64,000 nucleotides of DNA, taken from contig JAQGGW010000008.1 in the NCBI GenBank assembly GCA_028289135.1, positions 98,385 to 162,384 on the forward strand, given 5' to 3'. Under the pieces are notes generated by a model. It was not told the DNA's origin. It ran no database searches and saw only the letters and a list, made by a program, of their open reading frames with translations. Of the stretch, positions 50,390 to 60,082 are shown in pieces. Numbering within the stretch: position 1 is the stretch's first letter; each line of letters starts with the position of its first letter. Source of the stretch: Candidatus Saccharimonadota bacterium. GTDB taxonomy: Bacteria > Patescibacteriota > Saccharimonadia > Saccharimonadales > JACDBH01. Position numbers and translations under genes: made by a program.

Positions 50390-51226
50390 ATGGCAGAGGT
50401 ACAACCCCAGAGTCCGTTTAACCCGCATATCTTCACCGCACAAGCAGGTGATTCTTTTCTTTATGATGGGAATAATCCAGATCATCGGCATAATCTTGAT
50501 CACATTAATTTAAATCTTGGATTTGTGGCCAGCAATAATATTTTCCCTACAGATCCTACGTATCAAAGCATGGCTAGTCTGGCAAAAGAAAACGTTGATC
50601 TTCATTATGGAGCTACTCACGACAGTCTTACCGGGATCGCAAACCGCCGCGCGCTTCAAGATTTCCTGAGTAATCCTAGTAATAAAGTAGAAGGCATGCT
50701 TTATATCGATCTAGACGGTTTTAAGGGTGTAAATGATACGCATGGCCATGACATGGGTGACGAACTGCTTAAACTGGTAGCAAGAAAACTCGAGCGTCTT
50801 ATTCGTAAGAGTGATTTCGTTGCGCGGATTGGCGGGGATGAGTTTGTCGTTGTAATTGGCTCTGGAGAAAACGACACAGCGCCTGCGGGCAAAGAGAACT
50901 TACGTGAAATAAAAACCCAAGACGAGATAGTCGATGGCGCCGAGAGCCGTTTGGTTCCAAGCGTGATAGAAGTAGTTACGCCTGCGCTAATTTCAACAGG
51001 GGTAACGGACGCCGCAATAATCCTAGAAATCGAGTCGCGTGTTAGCGCAAGTATCGGTGATGTCAGGAAAGGCCCTCTAGAAACAAACGAGCAGCTGCTT
51101 AGGCGTGCTGACGAAGCCATGTATAAGAATAAAAAAGGCCGTAAGGATGCACTGCAAGGGATTTTAACTGCAATTCCTGGAGCAGACTATGTTTCCCAGG
51201 GAAAAATTAAAAAACTCTCCGCATAG
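50390..51226 (+). CDS. GGDEF-domain diguanylate cyclase
   Basis: DSLTGIANRRAL, DLDGFKGVNDTHGH, an RKSD I-site 5 residues before GGDEF (RIGGDEFVVVI), and SIGDV...ADEAMYKNKKGR. Confidence 0.85.
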   Translation: MAEVQPQSPFNPHIFTAQAGDSFLYDGNNPDHRHNLDHINLNLGFVASNNIFPTDPTYQSMASLAKENVDLHYGATHDSLTGIANRRALQDFLSNPSNKVEGMLYIDLDGFKGVNDTHGHDMGDELLKLVARKLERLIRKSDFVARIGGDEFVVVIGSGENDTAPAGKENLREIKTQDEIVDGAESRLVPSVIEVVTPALISTGVTDAAIILEIESRVSASIGDVRKGPLETNEQLLRRADEAMYKNKKGRKDALQGILTAIPGADYVSQGKIKKLSA

Positions 51227-51333
51227 TAGACATATGCAAAACTCGCCATTATATTGGGTGGGGCAGGTAAATCTCCTTTGGACCGCACGACATATACAAA
51301 AGAACTTATAGATAGTAATAAGCTTGAGGTTGA

Positions 51334-51900
51334 ATGGTCGCAATGCTTGGTAGGGACCGTCCAGTTGACCAAGCTGAGCGTGCACGAGCGGGCGAATACG
51401 CAGGTGATGCTGCAAGTGAATTTGAACTTATGATTGCTGCAGCGCAAACTGTTTTTAATGCTGAATTGCAGGCCGACGACATATACGAATTAATGGATCC
51501 AAAAATTGCCGATAATCTCCCCAGGCACGCCCGCATTGCTTATATACAAGCAACAAGCCACCATCCTGATATTTTTATACTTTCGGCACCAATGTTGACA
51601 GACCCGTTCGAAATCCGTAATGGTAAACTAGGTACTCGTAACCGTACTAATACGCGTGATACCTATAATATGCTTAGTAAAGTAGCCGGTTTTATTCCTG
51701 GGGACAAGGCAGTAGCTGTTACAAATGCTCATTTTACTCCATTCCAGGGAGCTGATGCTGCGGGACAGCTGGCAAGTTTTGGCGTTGAAACTGAAGTTGT
51801 TGGATTTGATCCTAATCACTTTGGTAACCCGGCTAAAAAGTCGAACGAATTATTACAGGAAATGTTAACGGCTGCCGAATCGTTAGCTAAAGCAGCATAA
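51334..51900 (+). CDS. hypothetical protein
   Basis: GAGG RBS 4 nt upstream. 188 aa. VAVTNAHFTPF weakly recalls DUF218/YdcF, but this is not reliable. Confidence 0.5.
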   Translation: MVAMLGRDRPVDQAERARAGEYAGDAASEFELMIAAAQTVFNAELQADDIYELMDPKIADNLPRHARIAYIQATSHHPDIFILSAPMLTDPFEIRNGKLGTRNRTNTRDTYNMLSKVAGFIPGDKAVAVTNAHFTPFQGADAAGQLASFGVETEVVGFDPNHFGNPAKKSNELLQEMLTAAESLAKAA

Positions 51901-51941
51901 GCTTTTTACGTCTCTATCTGTTCAGCGTATACTTATAGGGA

Positions 51942-54626
51942 ATGGCTGAAGCACGGAAAAAGATTGCGATAATTGACGGAAAGTCGGTGTTTTACCGCGG
52001 CTATTATGCCATGCCTTCTTTGGCTCTGGCAGACGGCACACCGACGGGCGGGGTGTATGGCTTTGCGGCCATGAGTTTGGAGCTTATTAAGAAGTTAAAG
52101 CCCGATTATGTGGCGGTTGCTTGGGACAAGCCAAAGACCAATATTCGCAAACGGCTCGAGATGTATCCGGGCTATAAAGCAGGGCGCAAACCAGCACCGC
52201 CGGATTTTTATGCGCAGATCCCGATTTTGTATGACTTGCTGCGCGCTTTTGGCTGGCCGCTGTATGAGTTTGACGACTACGAGGCCGACGACATTATGTT
52301 TACGCTGGCCAAAAAGGCGCACAAACAGAACCTTGAAACTATGCTAATTACCTCTGATCTGGACGCTTTGCAGTGCATTGACGAACACACGCATGTTTAC
52401 ATTCTTAAAAAGGGTTTTAGCAACATTGAGCGTTTTGATACGGCGTACTTTGAAGAAAAACATGGCATTACGACAGGGCAGTTTTTGGACCTAAAGTCAT
52501 TAAAAGGCGATAGCTCAGACAACATTCCGGGCGTGCCAGGAATAGGTGAAAAAACAGCCACAGAACTGCTGCAGAAATATGAAACTTTGGACGGGATTTA
52601 TGAAAATATTGATCTGATTAAGGAAACTACGCGTAAGAAATTGGTGGCTGGCAAAGATTCGGCCTATCTTAGCAAGCGCGTAGCGCTGCTCATGGATGAC
52701 GCACCGATTGATGTTGATCTAATCGGCACTGACACGCGCTCGCTTGATGTACAAGCGCTTAAAACCTTGCTGCAAAAGCTGGAGTTTAAGAGTCTGCTGC
52801 GCAATTTGCCGGATTATATGCGGGTTGTTGACGTGGATGGTGCGCTGGAAGGCGATGCAGTGCCGGTTAAGGCCACAGAAGTTGGTGAAATCCACGAAAT
52901 AACACCTCTAAAAACCGTTATTGTTGATTCTATGGCCAAGCTAAAAGAGGTCAAAATTAATGCCGAAACTGATGGCCTTTTAGTACATTCATTGACCGCT
53001 GGAACGCACGGCCGTGACCCGCAAGTGTTAATTTTGGCTGACAAAAAAACGGCCTATGCATTTGATGTGCGAAAGCTTGATAAAAAAGTGTTTGTTGAGG
53101 CTTTAATTAAGGCTTTTGATCCTCTTCCAAACTTGATTGGTTACGATATTAAATCCACACTGCAGATATTTTTAGAGCTTAAAGTACCAATGCCAAACGT
53201 GGGCGCAGATGTGCTGATTGGCGGTTTCTTAATTGACCCGCTAAGCCGTGCCCGCAGCCTGACCGAAATGGCCGAAACTAGCCTTGGCTACAACGGCACC
53301 AGCCTAGATGAACTGCCGCCAGAAGACATGCTGTCAAAAGCAGGGGAGCTTGGCGCGATCATCTGGGCGCTCAACACATTCCAGGGTGAATCTATTAGCG
53401 AGCTGACCAAAGTAATCCAGCTTGCCGAAAAGGTGGAGTGGCCAGTAATACCGGTTTTGGCTGAAATGGAGCACGAAGGCATTGGGCTTGACTGTGACTA
53501 CCTAGACAAAATGGGTGACGAGCTCCAGGACCAAATTAGCGACCTTGAACAATCTATTTATGGGTTTGCCGACCAGGAGTTCAACATTGGGTCTCCTTCG
53601 CAGCTAGCAGAAGTGTTGTATGTCAAAATGGCACTGCCAACAACAGGGGTAAAGCGCGGAAAAACCGGATTTTCTACCGGGGCAGACGAGCTAGCCAAAT
53701 TGCGTGAACTTAGCCCCATTATCGACCTGATTTCGCAGTACCGCGAGTACACAAAGCTTAAAAATACCTATGTCGACACGCTGCCAAAACAAGTTGACGA
53801 AAATAACCGTGTTCATACCACGTTTGCGATGACAATCGCACAAACCGGGCGGCTCAGCAGCAACGACCCAAACCTGCAGAATATTCCTGTTAGAACGGAT
53901 GTTGGCAAGCGTATCCGCACAGCTTTTGTGGCTCGTCCAGGCCATGTATTTGTCAGCGGGGACTACAGCCAATTTGAGCTCCGTCTGGCTGCCGCAATGA
54001 GCGGCGATACCGACATGATCGAGGCTTTTAATAGCGACCAAGACATCCACCAGCTAACCTCTGCGGCAGTATTGGGTATTGCCCCAGAAGAAGTTACCAA
54101 AGAAATGCGCTACAAAGCCAAAGCCGTAAACTTTGGGATTTTGTACGGCCAGGGCCCGCACGGATTAGCTCAAACCAGCGGCATGAGCTATGGGGAAGCA
54201 CGTGATTTTATTACCAAATACTTTGAGGTGCGTCCAAAACTTAAAGAATACCTAGATGGCTTACGTGAAAAAGCCAAAACAAAGGGCTTTGTCGAGACAC
54301 TGCTGGGCCGCAGGCGCCCAACACCCGACGCGCAGAGCACCAACCACATGGTGCGCGAAACGGCGCTGAGGCAGGCCGTAAACATGCCAATCCAAGGCAC
54401 TGCCGCCGACCTAACCAAGCTAGCAATGGTTGAAGTGAATAAACTCCTGCCAAATGGTGCCAAAATGCTGCTGCAGATTCATGACAGCATCATGGTTGAG
54501 TGTAAAAGTAGTGACGCGGAACAGATTGGCAAAATGCTTAAAGAAACTATGGAGAACATTTATCCAGAACTTGGTGTTAAGCTTAAGGCAGATATTTCTC
54601 AGGGTAAGAACTGGGGTGAGTTGTAG
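51942..54626 (+). CDS. polA: DNA polymerase I
   Basis: 5'-nuclease domain (DNIPGVPGIGEKTA). Motif A DYSQFELRLAA, motif B KAVNFGILYGQ. Motif C is QIHDSIMVE. Confidence 0.95.
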   Translation: MAEARKKIAIIDGKSVFYRGYYAMPSLALADGTPTGGVYGFAAMSLELIKKLKPDYVAVAWDKPKTNIRKRLEMYPGYKAGRKPAPPDFYAQIPILYDLLRAFGWPLYEFDDYEADDIMFTLAKKAHKQNLETMLITSDLDALQCIDEHTHVYILKKGFSNIERFDTAYFEEKHGITTGQFLDLKSLKGDSSDNIPGVPGIGEKTATELLQKYETLDGIYENIDLIKETTRKKLVAGKDSAYLSKRVALLMDDAPIDVDLIGTDTRSLDVQALKTLLQKLEFKSLLRNLPDYMRVVDVDGALEGDAVPVKATEVGEIHEITPLKTVIVDSMAKLKEVKINAETDGLLVHSLTAGTHGRDPQVLILADKKTAYAFDVRKLDKKVFVEALIKAFDPLPNLIGYDIKSTLQIFLELKVPMPNVGADVLIGGFLIDPLSRARSLTEMAETSLGYNGTSLDELPPEDMLSKAGELGAIIWALNTFQGESISELTKVIQLAEKVEWPVIPVLAEMEHEGIGLDCDYLDKMGDELQDQISDLEQSIYGFADQEFNIGSPSQLAEVLYVKMALPTTGVKRGKTGFSTGADELAKLRELSPIIDLISQYREYTKLKNTYVDTLPKQVDENNRVHTTFAMTIAQTGRLSSNDPNLQNIPVRTDVGKRIRTAFVARPGHVFVSGDYSQFELRLAAAMSGDTDMIEAFNSDQDIHQLTSAAVLGIAPEEVTKEMRYKAKAVNFGILYGQGPHGLAQTSGMSYGEARDFITKYFEVRPKLKEYLDGLREKAKTKGFVETLLGRRRPTPDAQSTNHMVRETALRQAVNMPIQGTAADLTKLAMVEVNKLLPNGAKMLLQIHDSIMVECKSSDAEQIGKMLKETMENIYPELGVKLKADISQGKNWGEL

Positions 54627-54671
54627 TATTGTTAGGTTAAGAACGCATATTAAGTTTAAGAAAGGGATAAA

Positions 54672-55436
54672 ATGGAAGATTCAAAAGCGGGAATGATGTG
54701 GCTATCAGGTAAAAAATGGTACTTCTTAGTCCCCGCTATAATCGCGCTGTTCTTTATATTTTGTTTTAGAGTTGTTGGCGTTGGCCAGGTTGGTATTATT
54801 ACCCGTTTTGGCAACATTGCCCGCGAAGCCCAAAGCGGTGTTGTTATCAAAGCTCCGTGGCCAATCGAGCACTTGGTTAAGATGGATATCCGTACACAGA
54901 AAGAACAGCAAGATGCGGCCGCCGCGACGCACGACCTTCAAAACGTCACCACAACCGTTGCCCTAAACTATAACCTGACCGGCAAAACGGCTTTTGATGT
55001 TTACCGCAACATCGGTACGGACTACAAAACTGTCATTATCGACCCAACGCTGCAAAACTCCGTAAAAGCAATAACAAGCCAATACGACGCTGCCGATCTC
55101 ATTGCAAAACGAACTGAAGTCGCACAAAAGCTGACTGATCTTTTAACCTCAAAGTTGCTTGACCGGGGCATTACAGTGACAACTGTTAACATCGTTAATT
55201 TTGGCTTTAGCCAAGAGTTTAACGCCAGTATTGAAGCAAAGCAAATTGCCCAGCAAAACGCCCAAAAAGCAGAGTATGATCTGCAAAAGGCCAACTTAGA
55301 CGCCCAGTCTAACCAGGTTCAGAATGCGGCATTATCCGATGCGATTTTGGAGCAGCAAGCCATAAACAAATGGGACGGCAAAATGCCCAACTACCTAGGC
55401 AGCGGTTCGGTATTTAATATCCCTTTAACTAAGTAA
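54672..55436 (+). CDS. SPFH/band-7 (prohibitin-like) membrane protein
   Basis: N-terminal TM, then VGQVGIITRFGNI...VIKAPWPIEHLVKMDIRTQ and a coiled-coil C-terminus. Confidence 0.8.
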   Translation: MEDSKAGMMWLSGKKWYFLVPAIIALFFIFCFRVVGVGQVGIITRFGNIAREAQSGVVIKAPWPIEHLVKMDIRTQKEQQDAAAATHDLQNVTTTVALNYNLTGKTAFDVYRNIGTDYKTVIIDPTLQNSVKAITSQYDAADLIAKRTEVAQKLTDLLTSKLLDRGITVTTVNIVNFGFSQEFNASIEAKQIAQQNAQKAEYDLQKANLDAQSNQVQNAALSDAILEQQAINKWDGKMPNYLGSGSVFNIPLTK

Positions 55437-55449
55437 CTCTACATAGCCC

Positions 55450-55992
55450 GTGAAGCAACTTGGTGTTATTTCGATTGCTTTTATTTGGGCAGGGCTTTTG
55501 TTTTTGATTCGAAAGTGGAAGGGCAATGTCTCAATGACTTTTAGCCAGCACGCAGCCCAGTATAAATCATCACAGATTTATTACTTTGGATTATTCGTAA
55601 CAGCAATTCCAGTTTTCTCTCTGTTTTTATATAACTGGTTTATCCCTACGTTTAAAATGCCAGCAGTTTTTGGAATTCTGGCGGCTATTTCTATGGCCAT
55701 GATGATTGCCGCAATGATTGTCCCGGAGTTAGAAGGCAAGAAAACACAAATTCACCGTGCTGTTGCTTTCATAACTTTTATTTGTTTCATGCCGTTAGCT
55801 TTATTACTCGCACTTTCTGGAAATATCTCACCCATTGCAAGAGTATTTGCTGGCTTGGTAGCGGCCTACGAACTATTTGGCATGGCCTATCTTGCCCCAA
55901 AAAAAGGCTACCATCAAAAAGCTTTATGGTTTCAGATCTCTTTTATCGGATCGTTTCACCTGACAATAATCGCAGCAACATACCTTAGATAA
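55450..55992 (+). CDS. integral membrane protein, function unknown
   Basis: GTG start. 5-6 predicted TM helices. Confidence 0.5.
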   Translation: MKQLGVISIAFIWAGLLFLIRKWKGNVSMTFSQHAAQYKSSQIYYFGLFVTAIPVFSLFLYNWFIPTFKMPAVFGILAAISMAMMIAAMIVPELEGKKTQIHRAVAFITFICFMPLALLLALSGNISPIARVFAGLVAAYELFGMAYLAPKKGYHQKALWFQISFIGSFHLTIIAATYLR

Positions 55993-55993
55993 A

Positions 55994-56410
55994 CTAAGCT
56001 TGGTCGATGTTGACCATCCAGTGCATGCCAAATTTGTCGGTGAGCATGCCGAATGTCGCGCCCCATGGCTTGGTGCTGAGCGGGTCGCCAACTTTGCCAC
56101 CTTCCGCGAGGCCGTCAAAAAACTTGGTTAGTGTTTCTTCGTCTTCTTTTGCGCCTGAAAGGGAAAGGGTAACGTTTTCGCCGTCTTGCTTAACACCGCC
56201 CATTGGTAGGCTGTCGCTAATAAAAAGCTGGGTGCCGGCAAACTTAAAGTCGCAGTGCATGACAAGATTGTGTGAAGGGTCGTTCTCTGGCGTACCGAAC
56301 TCGCCGAACTTGCTAATCTTAGCCTCGCCGCCAAAAATACTCTTATAAAAATCGATCGCCTCCGTGGCGTTATCCACGAAGTGAACGTAGGGAACTAATG
56401 AAATTGCCAT
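55994..56410 (-). CDS. VOC/glyoxalase-fold protein (PhnB/YjdN-like)
   Basis: [12 protein letters not shown]...KFGMHWMVN. Confidence 0.7.
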   Translation of the reverse strand: MAISLVPYVHFVDNATEAIDFYKSIFGGEAKISKFGEFGTPENDPSHNLVMHCDFKFAGTQLFISDSLPMGGVKQDGENVTLSLSGAKEDEETLTKFFDGLAEGGKVGDPLSTKPWGATFGMLTDKFGMHWMVNIDQA

Positions 56411-56460
56411 ATAAAACTCCTTATTTACTAATTCAATTATACATCTGTTAAGGTAATAAT

Positions 56461-57027
56461 ATGATTAAAGCCATAATTTTTGACTGTTTTGGCGTTGTTT
56501 TGGTTGATGCTTTTGACGCGGCCTACGAGAAGTTTGGCGGGGACGTGGCAAAAGACCATGATTTTATTGTGCAGACGTTTTATGAGTCGCACACCGGCGG
56601 AGCGTTTTCGGGTGATGTTTTAGCAAAACATTTAGGCATTGACCCTAAAGAGTGGAAAGAGACGATTAACGAAGGCAGCACGCTTAACCAAAATGTTTTG
56701 GATTATGTAGGTGAGCTGCGCACAAAATACAAAACAGGTATGCTGTCGAATGTTGGGGGAGGTAGGTTGCCGGAAATGTTTGAGCCAGGGGTTTTGGAAA
56801 AATACTTTGATGCAGTTGTTGGTTCGGGCGACATTGGCTATGCCAAACCAGAGCCAGAAGCTTACGAAATTACCGCCGATTTGCTTGGCGTACGTCTAGA
56901 CGAATGCGTATTTATCGACGACAGGCAGCATTATGTTGACGGCGCTAAAGCCGTTGGCATGCAGGGGATTTTATATACATCTTTAAGCCAGTTAAAAAGT
57001 GATTTAGAAGTGTTATTAAAGAAGTAA
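56461..57027 (+). CDS. HAD-like hydrolase, paralog 1 (non-canonical motif I)
   Basis: MIKAIIFDCFGVV (D then C-F, so no second Asp), SN motif II, KPEPEAY, VFIDDRQHYVDGAKAVG. Confidence 0.7.
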   Translation: MIKAIIFDCFGVVLVDAFDAAYEKFGGDVAKDHDFIVQTFYESHTGGAFSGDVLAKHLGIDPKEWKETINEGSTLNQNVLDYVGELRTKYKTGMLSNVGGGRLPEMFEPGVLEKYFDAVVGSGDIGYAKPEPEAYEITADLLGVRLDECVFIDDRQHYVDGAKAVGMQGILYTSLSQLKSDLEVLLKK

Positions 57028-57062
57028 AATGATATCCTTAAGACATTCTAAGGAGACTGTAA

Positions 57063-57614
57063 TTGACTAAATTTATTTTTGTACGGCACGGCGAAAGCGA
57101 AGCAAACCGTGACTTTAAGCTTGGCGCGCTTGACACAAAGCTGACTCAAAAAGGCATTGAACAGGCACACCAAACGGGTAAAGAACTTAAGGGCAAAGGC
57201 ATTAAAATTATTGCGTGCTCCACATTTGTCCGCGCCCAGCAAACTGCCGAAATTATCGCCGGCGAACTTGGAATTCCAGTTGATAAAATTAAGGTTATCT
57301 ATGACCTTGCTGAGCGGCGCATGGGTAAATACGAAGGCAAAACAAAAGAGCACCCAACCGAGTGGTATTATTCACCAGAGGCAGAAAATCCGGAATTTGA
57401 GCCGCGCGCAGATCTTTTGAAACGTATGCATAAAACTTTGAATGAAATTGAAGAACTTAGCAAGGGTGGAATGGTGCTAGTTGTCGGCCATGCTCTGTCG
57501 GGGCTTTATTTGGAGGAAGCGTCCAAAGGAATTATGAGAGTTGAAAATTTGCCGCCAGGATCGATGATGGCAAATGCGTCATTTATGGAAATTGAGATCA
57601 AAAATGGAAAATAA
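57063..57614 (+). CDS. histidine phosphatase (phosphoglycerate-mutase-like) family protein
   Basis: TTG start with AGGAG 7 nt upstream. FIFVRHGESEAN. GH near the C-terminus (VVGHA). Confidence 0.8.
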   Translation: MTKFIFVRHGESEANRDFKLGALDTKLTQKGIEQAHQTGKELKGKGIKIIACSTFVRAQQTAEIIAGELGIPVDKIKVIYDLAERRMGKYEGKTKEHPTEWYYSPEAENPEFEPRADLLKRMHKTLNEIEELSKGGMVLVVGHALSGLYLEEASKGIMRVENLPPGSMMANASFMEIEIKNGK

Positions 57615-58212
57615 CGAAACTCTCGACACCTACAACCGCTCGGCCAGGGAGCTGGCAAAGTTTTATGCTCGGGCCGGGTCGCGCGTGAGCCATATTGAAC
57701 AAGCTTTAGAACTAGCTGGCAAAAACGACGGCAGCGGCAGGGCATTGGAGCTTGGCTGCGGCGACGGCCGTGACGCAATCGACATCATTAAGCGCACCGA
57801 AACCTACACGGGCATTGATTATTCGACTGGCCTTATTGGCCTTGCAAAGGCATTTTTGCCAACCGCCGATTTTCGCGTAGTAGACATGCAAAACTTTGAT
57901 TATCCTGCGCACGCCTACGATGTTATTTTCGCCTTTGATTCAATTTTGCACCTGGACAAAGAAAGCGTAAAACAGCTGTTTTCGGACGCGGCTCGCTCGC
58001 TTAAAGTAGGCGGTGTTTTCTATATTTCCACCAAATATGCCCGAGGCTACAGAAAAGAATGGAAAGAAGACAAACACGGCAAACGCTTGTTTTTTTACTA
58101 CCCTCCAAAAATGCTGGCCGATCTCTCAAAAGACCACTACGAAGTCGTAACAAGCGAAGTCAAGAAAATCCGTAACAAACTCTGGATAGAAATAGCCCTT
58201 AGGCGAAAATAA
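57604..58212 (+). CDS. class I SAM-dependent methyltransferase
   Basis: Start moved to ATG 57604 (11-nt overlap with the upstream gene). Motif I is ALELGCGDGRDA. Confidence 0.75.
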   Translation: MENNETLDTYNRSARELAKFYARAGSRVSHIEQALELAGKNDGSGRALELGCGDGRDAIDIIKRTETYTGIDYSTGLIGLAKAFLPTADFRVVDMQNFDYPAHAYDVIFAFDSILHLDKESVKQLFSDAARSLKVGGVFYISTKYARGYRKEWKEDKHGKRLFFYYPPKMLADLSKDHYEVVTSEVKKIRNKLWIEIALRRK

Positions 58213-58236
58213 ATTATTAGATGGTATCCTAAATAT

Positions 58237-58644
58237 ATGGATGAAATGAAGAAGTTTTATGTTGGGGTGAAGGGCATAATTGTAGATGCCGAAAAAGGGG
58301 CGCTTTTGCTGCGGCATAACAATGGTTTTTGGAATACGCCTGGCGGACGGATTAACGGCGACGAAAGCATTGATCAGACACTTATAAGGGAACTCAACGA
58401 AGAGCTACCAGGTATCCAGAATATAGAAAAAGGTAAGCTCCTGGATGCATGCCGGATACACAAAGATATTGTTCCTGACACAAGCTTGGTGCTTGTCTAT
58501 TTTTTGGTTACTGCCAAGCTGCCAGAACCGCTTAAAATTAGCGACGAACACGTAAGCTTTTTGTGGGTAAAAACCCGGGCTGATATCCCAGAAGATCTAG
58601 AAGAGCAAGTGGTTAAGATATTTAAAGATATTTTGCCCGCATGA
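58237..58644 (+). CDS. NUDIX hydrolase
   Basis: Nudix box GGRINGDESIDQTLIRELNEELPG. Confidence 0.85.
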   Translation: MDEMKKFYVGVKGIIVDAEKGALLLRHNNGFWNTPGGRINGDESIDQTLIRELNEELPGIQNIEKGKLLDACRIHKDIVPDTSLVLVYFLVTAKLPEPLKISDEHVSFLWVKTRADIPEDLEEQVVKIFKDILPA

Positions 58645-59231
58645 TTAAAGCCATAATTTTTGACTGTTTTGGAGTGCTGGCAGAGGACGGTTGGACGCCT
58701 TTTAAGCGCAAACACATTTTGCATGATCCAAAACTGGTTGAAGAGGTCGCCCGGCTTGGCGCCTTAACCGACAGGGGCATACTCTCGTATGATGAGACAG
58801 TGGGGGCGATTGCTAAGCTTTTGAATGTTAGCGTAGCAGAGCTTCGTGAGGCGGTCGACAGAAAAGTCCCGCACGAAGATATGTTTGAGCTGATTTTAAA
58901 CGAGTTAAAACCGCATTATAAAATTGGGCTGCTGAGCAACGCAAACTACGATGTTATTAACGAACTTTTTGCGGCCGAACAAGCGGCATTATTTGATGCC
59001 CACGTTCTTTCTTTTGAGACAAAACTCTTAAAGCCTGACCGCGCAATGTTTGAGCTTATGGCCAAGCGGCTTAAAGTCGAAATGAACGAATGTTTGTTTG
59101 TGGACGACCAGGCAAAGCACTGCCACGCGGCACGCACATACGGTATGGAAGCATTTCATTTTATAGATTACGACGACTTTTTAGAAAAACTGCCCCGCCG
59201 GCTTTCGGGCATGCAGCCATCCTCACGTTAA
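58641..59231 (+). CDS. HAD-like hydrolase, paralog 2 (non-canonical motif I)
   Basis: MIKAIIFDCFGVL, LLSN, KPDRAMF, LFVDDQAKHCHAARTYG. Its ATG overlaps the NUDIX TGA. Confidence 0.7.
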   Translation: MIKAIIFDCFGVLAEDGWTPFKRKHILHDPKLVEEVARLGALTDRGILSYDETVGAIAKLLNVSVAELREAVDRKVPHEDMFELILNELKPHYKIGLLSNANYDVINELFAAEQAALFDAHVLSFETKLLKPDRAMFELMAKRLKVEMNECLFVDDQAKHCHAARTYGMEAFHFIDYDDFLEKLPRRLSGMQPSSR

Positions 59232-59246
59232 GTTATAATGTAGCGT

Positions 59247-60059
59247 ATGAGTATACCCACAACAGATCTTGGAAACGGTTTATCAATCCCAAACGTCGGC
59301 TTTGGACTATGGAAAAACAAAGACGAAGCCGAGTGCATCGCCTCCGTTGAGATGGCCTTAAAAGCAGGATATACGCATTTTGACACGGCCCAGGCCTATG
59401 ATAATGAGCAATTTTTGGCTGCTGGGCTAAAAAAAGCCGGCGTGGACAGAAAAGACGTGTTTATTACGACCAAAATTAAGGTCGAAAACTTCTTGCGCGT
59501 TGAAAAAAGCTTCGCTAAATCACTTGAAAATTTGGATACCGACTATGTAGACCTACTGCTGCTTCATTTCCCGGTTACCGTACTCCGCCACAACGCCTGG
59601 AAAAAGGTTGAGGCGATTCATAAGGCAGGGCAAGCCAAAAGTATTGGCGTTAGCAACTACATGATCCGCCACCTTGAACATTTGCTTAAAGACTGCGAGA
59701 TTAAGCCAGCCGTTAACCAGGTTGAGTTACACGTGTTTTTACAGCAGCCAGAGCTCGTTAAATATTGCCAGGATAACGGCATTGTAGTGGAGGCATATTC
59801 ACCGTTGGCACACGGAAAGGGGTTGGATGACCCGGTTTTGGCCGAAATTGGCAAAAAGCACGGCAAGACTTCTACGCAAATTATGCTGCGCTGGTGCATT
59901 GAAGTCGGCACTATTCCGCTTCCAAAAAGCACACACGAAGACAGAATCCAGCAAAATATCGACATTTTTGACTTTGAACTAGACGAAGAGGATATGGCAA
60001 AGATCAAAGGCATCGAGCGTAATTTGCGCACCTGCTGGGATCCTACACATATCATCTAA
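59247..60059 (+). CDS. aldo/keto reductase
   Basis: GFGLWKN, HFDTAQAYDNE, LLLHFP, IPKS-type C-terminal motifs (IPLPKSTHEDRI). Confidence 0.88.
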   Translation: MSIPTTDLGNGLSIPNVGFGLWKNKDEAECIASVEMALKAGYTHFDTAQAYDNEQFLAAGLKKAGVDRKDVFITTKIKVENFLRVEKSFAKSLENLDTDYVDLLLLHFPVTVLRHNAWKKVEAIHKAGQAKSIGVSNYMIRHLEHLLKDCEIKPAVNQVELHVFLQQPELVKYCQDNGIVVEAYSPLAHGKGLDDPVLAEIGKKHGKTSTQIMLRWCIEVGTIPLPKSTHEDRIQQNIDIFDFELDEEDMAKIKGIERNLRTCWDPTHII

Positions 60060-60082
60060 GCCGCTTAGAGCACTAAGGTGAT

